Assembly (NCBI GenBank): GCA_037447605.1 | Contig: CM074808.1 | Coordinates: 3,968,001-4,032,000, forward strand | Length of the DNA: 64,000 nucleotides | Direction of reading: 5' to 3' | Source: Zygnema circumcarinatum SAG 698-1b | Lineage: Eukaryota > Plantae > Zygnematophyceae | Shown: positions 56,319-64,000 of the stretch, one piece after another | How positions within the stretch are numbered: position 1 is the stretch's first letter | How the letters are laid out: every line of letters begins with the position of its first letter | Notes under the pieces: generated by a model | What the model saw: the letters and a program-made list of their open reading frames with translations, nothing else | Database searches by the model: none | Told to the model about the DNA's origin: nothing | Program-made: the position numbers and the translations under genes

Positions 56319-59300
56319 CAAGTTTAGCTGCCCAGCTGTAGGTACGGTCGACCTCCTCTTCTGCAGAAAAACCCACCATTCCCAACACAGGATTCCCGAG
56401 ACTGTACTCGAAGTCGCCATCAAGGCGCCCATTTCCACAGCTGTCGTAAAGCTTGCGCTCCACAACAACATTGTATTCGTCATCCCGACTGCGAATCTGT
56501 GCACCAAAAAATCCATCTTGGATTACTCGTTAGGGTATCCCCCGCCTCAAGGCCTAAGAAACGTGTGAAAGCAATCAAGCCAAGGTAATGCAAAGCAATG
56601 AAAAGCAGAATGCGATTGTAATGGAAACTAGCATTAACAGAGAAAAGGAACAGAAGACAAAAAGGCAAATCAGCCTGGCAGTAGGTACACATCTACCGGC
56701 AAGCATTTCAAACATTCATGAACTGAGTCAAATTGGGCAGCCAAAAATATCATACCCTCAATTACACAAAGAAACTTGAAAAAAATTCTAGAGCTTAAGC
56801 AAAGAAGAAATGGGATCGTTTGATTAACACTACTTGAGTTCTGCAAAAAAAAAATCTGAAGCTAACCTCGACATAGGGCCTCTTGCCATGGAGAAGAGCG
56901 TCTACACTCCTATCCGTCTGCAAACATAGGACAAAAAATGTTAGTGAGAAAATGTGCTGCTTATCCTCCAAAGAAACCTCAAAGCCCGATGCTTTGTTGA
57001 AATATTGATATTCAGGTGGGATGCACTATCTTACCGCATGAGCGACCCAATAAGAACGTTCCCGCATTTCAATTAGAAGCGGGAAAGTGGGTGGAGCTTT
57101 CCTCTCCAGCACACTCTTCTGAGTTCCTCGAGCCCTTGCCTCATCATCTCCCAAGGTGACCGTCTGCACACCTCCAACCTGGCCGGCCAGAAGAGACCCT
57201 CAAATGAGAGAAATTATTTCACCAGCACAGCGACGAGCAGTGATCCAGAACTGTCGTGGATCTCCAATCAACACAATGACAGTGCCCATTGAAAGAATCT
57301 ACTAAAAAAGGGCCAGCGATCATGAGCTGTGGTATAATTTTAAACTTTTTGGTGGTTGATAAAAAAAACCTCGACAACCATAACAATATTCAATAATCCG
57401 TGCAAACTGTTTTCGGGGACTCCAATGTTTTTAGTGTTATGGGGCTTTCACCATTCCGCTCTGAACTTACCAGGTCACACAGAGTGGGATTCTTTATAAG
57501 ATTTTCGAGCACTTGCCCATGGGCAGTTCCGACCAACATTACACCCCTCTCAGCAATGGTACGACAAGCCAGGGCCTCCGCCTCTGTTCCAATCTCGTCC
57601 ACTATGACCACCTCCGGCATGTGATTTTCAACTGCCTCCACCATTATTTTGTGCTGCAGTGCTGGATCCGGAACCTGCATTCTCCGAGCTCCGCCAATGG
57701 CTGGATGTGGAACATCTCCATCCCCACCGATCTCGTTACTTGTATCCACAATGACCTGCATAACAAATCCAGGAATTAAATTATATAAGGTATCCGAGAC
57801 AGCGCCTCTATTCGACTGACAGTTTTTGAGATTGTATGAACACTGCTAGTGTCGTGTTTACGAAGGAATCTCTTACGCAACCAAGTAATGCCTGGTAAGC
57901 TTGAGTAGTTGACCGTAGTTGAGCAAATTCAAGCGAATCTATTCATATGTCCAAAATATGAATAATTTGACAGAGAACAGTATCTTACAATTCTTCTTTG
58001 AATAACTCAATACTAGTTAACTAACTTCTGGTGGTACTCAAGCAGCACCATTGGCATCCATTACCTACAGAAAATCAGAAACACCAAAATCATCCGACTT
58101 TTCTGAACTATCATATAGATTAACCTGAATGTGCGTCAAAATGAGACCAACATGAGTGCTTCAAATAAGGAATACACATGAGTGTTTCACATTACGACAT
58201 GATTGTTTTGAAATTCTGCCTGACTTCACATTCGAAGTGCGATCACCGAAGCAAAAGGTAACCTTAAGAACAGGCAGAAAGTCCTACCACGCGCTTGTGA
58301 AAGTCATCAGATAGCACTCGGGCTATTTCCCGAATCACTGTCGTCTTTCCCACTCCGGGCCTGCAACATCAAAGCAAGTGCTATCGTTAGGGTCTTCAGA
58401 CGTCTCCCTTCTGCCTCCTTTCAGCATCAAGATTTGCAGCAGCTCCCTCAGAGTATTCTGACATATAGAACAAAATTCCGGTAAACAGACAGAATACAAG
58501 CAAGACTGAATTCAGCATGTAATTTTCCTGTCCTGAGTTTCCTGTCCTCTTTACATTCATCTTCTAAAATCTCCAAGGTAGCTCTATTTTTCGAGCAGGA
58601 ACGCACTGCACACACCTTCCAAGGAATAGCAGACTTTGGCCCCCTCCAAGAACATCTCTGATCATATCCACATGGCCTGTGACTGCTCGTCCCACTCGAC
58701 AGGTGAGACCGACAATGGCTCCCTTACGGTTCCGAATGGCAGAAATTCGGTGCAGAGTGCCTTCAACCCCAGCGCGATTATCTCCTCCAAATTCGCCAAC
58801 CGATATTTGTGCTGCATCTAAATCTGCCCTTGTGATCTGCAGTTCCATCCATATTTCCCAAATCACAGCCAATGAGAAGGAAAGCTCATGCATACGTCAA
58901 GGCTATAGGGCCAGAATCTTTTCAGAGGCATTATTGATGACCTTGTAAACCACTGCTCCAGCTCGAGATTGATTTTTTAAAAAAGAGGGGGGGGAAGCGG
59001 CTCACTGAACTACTCAACCCTTACCTGTTCCCAAATGATTTATCCGATAGACCATCTGCTTAAATATTTCAGAAGGACTTCGAACAACAAAACTACTAAA
59101 CTTGCAATAGGCCATTCCTCACTTAAGCCATATAACGGCCATAGACTAACCTTCCATTCAATGTGCAGACGTGAAACAAAGCGGTCTCCTGAAAATAGTG
59201 ATCTCTTACTACCACTTGCCAGGCATCTGCAAGCACAGCTCCGGGAATGTTTAAGAGCTTAGAAAGACTTCAGAAGCAGCGAAACTAAGGACACAGTATG

Positions 59301-60731
59301 CACCTCTTCATCCCTTAGGTACTCCCCTCCACCATCCCCAAGAAATCGAGCTTCAGGTCGCCGGCCGAGATCCAGCACTACCTGGACAGAGCGGCCAACC
59401 AAAACTTCACGATCCAAATGATACATTGCTCCAAACGATCAGGCCGATTCATTCCACTTTTAGACGAAGTTTAAGTTAAGAATGGAAATCATTTACACAG
59501 AACTTTATAAAGGCCCGTCACTCTTCAGCATCGCTCTTCAAGCACAAACGAATAAGCAATTAATTTGATCGGCAACCGTTGTAAAATCCGAAAACTCATC
59601 ATAGGCAAGTGTTGAGACTTCTGCTGTCAATTAGCAAATGCCGCCAATATTTCAGCAACCTATCATTTAACAGTTTGAACAAGAAAAAGGTGATTTGAAC
59701 CGACAAACATACCTCCAGTAACTCTGATCGCCTCGGATGCTTCAGGAGCTTGTCGAGTAGATCCTCCGGTAAACACTGCAACGACCTGACAGAGGTCAGA
59801 ACTTAACAGAATACAACAGAAAGGTCGCATCCACAGACAATGAGACGACCTGATTGGGAGTAAGAACTGCTGCAAACGCAGCCATGGCCTTCCGATAGCT
59901 CATCGCTGAAGCAGAAGTCGGGAAACCTTCGAAGCTTGCCCACCAGCACTTCCAAACTAGCACATATTGACGCCTGATGAGCTTTTAGAGGTCTTTCTAT
60001 CAAGTAACGAAAAACAAGAATACTGGAAGATCAGCCAATCTATGACCTGTCGAGATAGAAGAAGCAGGAAGTCATTTCGAAGTTTGAAGACTGCGGATCC
60101 AAGCAGCATGATCTCGTAGATTCCATAGACACAGACAGACGAGCGAGAGAAAAAACGACAAGAAAAACAAACAAACTAGTCCACTCGGAGGAAAAAGCGA
60201 GCAGACGAGGACTGCGCAGAAAAACGTGTCGCACCATACAGACATCTCACTTACAGCAAGCAATCTATTGCAAGTGAGTTGCCTGCAAAACCTTCAAATT
60301 CGATAAAGTTGTATGATTACCTCAAGCAGTCTATTCAAGTCGTCACGCACTACGACAGCTCCCTCTTCTAGGCAGCCTCTCTCCGTCTCGCAGACCGCCT
60401 TGCCCGGAGCACTTCTCGGGGCCAACATCATGTCCTCCTTCACTTCAATGTCGAGCACTCTGGGTGAAAATTCATCCTCTTCCAAACCTGCTCTCACACC
60501 TGAGGTCCTGCTCCCCTCTTCAGAAGCTCGACAACGGGAGCCTTGGCGGATTCTTCCACGAGCACCTCGGACACTTGCAACATGCACAGAGCGCCATTTC
60601 TGCATGTTTTGCGATAAACTCGCAGAACAGACAACAGGAGTATTTGCGGGGTTACTACTGCGTCCTACAGTTGCGATCTCTGCAAACTTCCGGTCAACCA
60701 GCCACACTGCATCCCCTAATGCCAGGGCCAT
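56319..60731 (-). CDS. ycf45: Ycf45-like (SpoIIIAA-related) P-loop NTPase with transit peptide; 3' end unresolved below 56319
   Basis: [50 protein letters not shown], Walker [34 protein letters not shown], Walker [50 protein letters not shown]. Confidence 0.92.
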
Positions 60732-62481
60732 ACCGGCACAATACATAATCCGACAATATATATCGATAATGATACCAGTCAACCGCGCCCTGCAAGAATG
60801 CCTGCAAGCTTTCTCAATAGTATGGTGAATCCGAGTAAAAAGGTCTGCAATACCGATCAAAGTGATGGAGCTTTCTAAACAGAAAGGCTCCCAAGCGCCT
60901 ACGTCATAGGCAGGGTGGGTGGCCTACGCGTAGGCTGCCAGGTGGCGCCCCCGCGTACCGCAGAACGGCGGCAACCGCAGATTTTTCTTCGGTCACTTCG
61001 AGGGGGATATGCCGGGGAATATTACGCACAATTTTTACAACCTTTCTAAAATTCAATATATGGTGGAAAGTCACCAAAATGATCCGCAAAAAATATGAAA
61101 TTTGTCAAATATGTGACGTCATTTACTATATAATCCACATGGAAAGCCCTTTTTATGCACAATTTCTGACGCATATTTGTAGTTTCATAGTTCGGGCAGA
61201 AAACAAAAATTAACAGACCTGCAAACCAGAGCGAGTCCTTCCCACTTTCCAGTTTGTAATTTAGGTGCGGGAGCGCCCACGTGATACTTAATAGTGTACG
61301 TGGCGCCCACCTATTGGGCCACGTATGCAAAGCCATCAACCCAGCACGACGTGGCTCATCCCTATTGGCAGAATTAACCGTTCTGCGATTGCCAACATCG
61401 AAAAGGGATCCCAAAAATACCGTTGGCTTCTTTTTTTTTTCCCCATTTTTCGAGTTCCGTAGGGGGGCGGGCTCCAGAAAAGGACGAGATCCAATTACCG
61501 GAATTTGACCGCCCGGCCGTTCGTCTGCTTTTGGACCCCCGTCCTCCCGGGTCAAGGCGTGTCCGCCAATCAGAGGCCGACACTCGCCCGGAAAGGGCGC
61601 GGCGGCCAATGAGGAGCCGCCACCCGCCGAAAAGATTCCGCCCGAGAGGGAATCCTGGCGTGGCTGGCTGGCGAGGCCGCAGAGCTCCCACGTGCTGCGC
61701 CAGAGAGGGACCACGTCGCCCACACATTCAGCCGCATGGATTGGCCCGTTCGCTGTGGAAAATTACTGTGACGGCAACTGGACCCGACATCAGCACAGGT
61801 AACAGCTCGCATGGAGTCGTTATATATCGGGATATAGTATCGATCACGATGCTTTGTTACCCAGTCATACGTGGCAGGTACTCATTGGCTATGATATGGA
61901 AAGGCAGCGCCTCGTACGGCGAGCTGGGGATTCGGAATACGAGTACCGTATCGGGCGACTCCGGTGTTCGATATATCGCGGGCACCTGGCCCATAGTCGT
62001 CCCATCCTCGTGCTGAATGAGCGCACATGGCCATTTGTGAGTGCACGAACCATGCATGCAACAAGAAGGTGGTGACAAGGATTTAGGGAAGCTAACCATG
62101 TTTTAGAAAGCCTACAAGCCTACAATAGCGAAAGCTTCAGGTGGAGGATTCAACACAGACTGCAGAGTCGGCCACATAAAAAAAAGGAAGAGTAACTATC
62201 GCCAGAAATTATTATCTACAGTCATCTTGAAATGACATAATGTAAAAGAATGTTGACAGGAACTGGAGGGCATTGTCCTAAAAAGCCCCGTTCAGTCTGC
62301 TAGCCGTATGGTGCGAAACCATGATACACTGATAGTTACACGATGAAGACCATCCTGGTTTTGCCAATAGGCACATCTGAAAGCATTCCTGCTGCGGACA
62401 CGCGGAGGCAACACATTCCCTCTCCGGCGCCAACTGTAATGGCGATTCACAAAATAAATACGACCATAAAATGACTACACA

Positions 62482-63864
62482 TCATACAAACGCCTCCGAG
62501 GTGGAGGCGAGAGAGCGCTTCATTTTCTTGCCCAGCACTGCATCCAACCTTTCAGGCAGGGATGCAATCTTCATCTCCTGCAAAAAGAGAAACGACCAGA
62601 GAAACAGATACCCAGCAATACAGACAAACAATGACGTAAGAATAAGCACAGCATAAGGAATACATGCACGCTCATCTGGAAAGACGAAGTCAAAAAGGTC
62701 ATCGAAAAGCTGGCAGTACTACTAACCTCTTGGAGAGTCAAGTTTGCTCGTTCAGAAGGACTAAAGATTGCCTTGGCCGCTGCAAAGTCAAGCTGCAATC
62801 ATATAGAAAGCAGCGAAAGCCAAGGGTTGAGCCATTTCTCAAAACGAGCTCAATAAGGTTGAACTCATAACTGCTTTATACAATCCTATTTGAAGGAGCA
62901 GAAGTCGTACTTGAACATACGCATGAACAAGCTGAAACTTCGCATGCTGTGGCTTATGACTAAAGATACAGATCAGTACCTTAATGTTTGTGTCTTGATA
63001 GACAGTTTCGAATATGGCTCTGGAGCGGTTCACATGGAAATCTGACGTCACCACCAACATGTCGGTGACTCCCCTTTCAACAGCCAGAGGAAGTATCTTT
63101 ATCGCATTCTGTTCCAATCCAATACAAACAGCTCAGGACGTAGATTCCATAAAGACCATTCCAGCCTTAACCAGAAACTATAGCATAAGTCTCAAACAAA
63201 TACAGTTTGACATGCATTAGCTAAATATTCGCCACCTCCACCCTATTTGGCTACCTCAATAGTGTTGCTGGCTTCCATTTCCAGCACGATTGCCTGCCTC
63301 CTGACTCCGAGCTCGCAGCAAAGTGCTGCCGCTGCCTCTGCTTCGCTTACTGCATCTCACCCCACACCGGCAACTCGCCTCCTTGGTTCAATTTCAGCGA
63401 CACTTGCATGATTTTTTCTTTTATTTGTTAAAAACAGCTAAAAAAAGCTGATCGGGATTTCTTCTATTACAGATTTTGTCTCAGGTGCTCTCCTGAATAG
63501 CACGCTTACGTTGATAAGAAGCATAAACAATAAAATAATGCCGAAAGCTTGCGCTATTTCAGAAAAAAATGAAGTATCCCTTTCCCTCTCTCTCTATCTT
63601 ACCCTCTGCCACTTCCTTGTAGGCTTTCACACTTGCAGAATGCGATCAGAGATCATTTAAATAAACTCATTTAACACCTACAGACGTCTAAGTACAAGCC
63701 TCACCTGGTCCAGAACCTTTATACCCTGAAAGTATAAGAATCGCATCACTCTCCTCTTGTATCTTCTCAAAGCATTTCACAGCCAGTTTCACTCTCTCTT
63801 CCAGCTGCGCGGAGCACCTTCCGTCGCTGCTAACCATGCAGCCCAGCACCGCCACAGCCTTCAT
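62482..63864 (-). CDS. DUF218 (YdcF/ElyC/SanA-like) protein
   Basis: Five phase-consistent exons: MKAVAVLGCMVSSDGRCSAQLEERVKLA...LILSGYKGSGP / VSEAEAAAALCCELGVRRQAIVLEMEASNTIE / NAIKIL...MLVVTSDFHVNRSRAIF / LDFAAAKAIFSPSERANLTLQE / EMKIASL...AFV*. These are the classic DUF218 motifs (VLG, SG, EA, LE..A.NT.EN, VTSxFH..R). Confidence 0.88.
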
Positions 63865-64000
63865 CCTTTCCTTTGCCAACTTTTTACATGCGAGAAGTAA
63901 ACTCTACGACGGCTCCCCTACAGCTCCCCTGCGGGACGATCTTGACGACCTCGAGGCCACAGACACCTGCAAAAACTCATTTCAAGATCTAAAACTGCCA

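Noticed and set aside
61046-62099. Overlapping GC-rich ORFs between ycf45 and DUF218
   Set aside because: No recognisable motifs or splice structure; consistent with promoter/UTR sequence or TE remnants.

Overview
Eukaryotic nuclear DNA from a green-lineage organism. The plant-type OSCA, GT14-like, AP2/ERF and H2A genes, an algal-type PTOX and TTTAGGG/TTAGGG-like tracts suggest a streptophyte alga or early-diverging plant (inference). The window is gene-dense with many short GT-AG introns. Introns and UTRs are full of (CT)n/(GA)n and telomere-like tracts, so most ORF-track entries are microsatellite artefacts. Hand splicing supports 14 protein genes: an extensin + cadherin-like + TM surface protein, PTOX, an all-Cys Rieske-fold plastid protein, OSCA/CSC1 channel, a conserved unknown protein with a long C-terminal extension, two GT14-like (BC10/DUF266) paralogs, a conserved plastid unknown protein, AP2/ERF, an orphan acidic TM protein, an ankyrin-CCCH-RRM protein, H2A, a Ycf45-like NTPase and a DUF218 protein. 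There is also a probable last exon at the left edge, one tRNA-Glu(UUC), two MITE-like elements and a 3-copy dispersed repeat. Best leads: the Ser-Pro-stalked cadherin-like membrane protein (1997-3880), the Rieske fold with CxxC/CxxC ligands (10701-12351) and the GT14-like pair sharing a KGDEWKE variant motif. Family calls are from remembered motifs; no database search was run.
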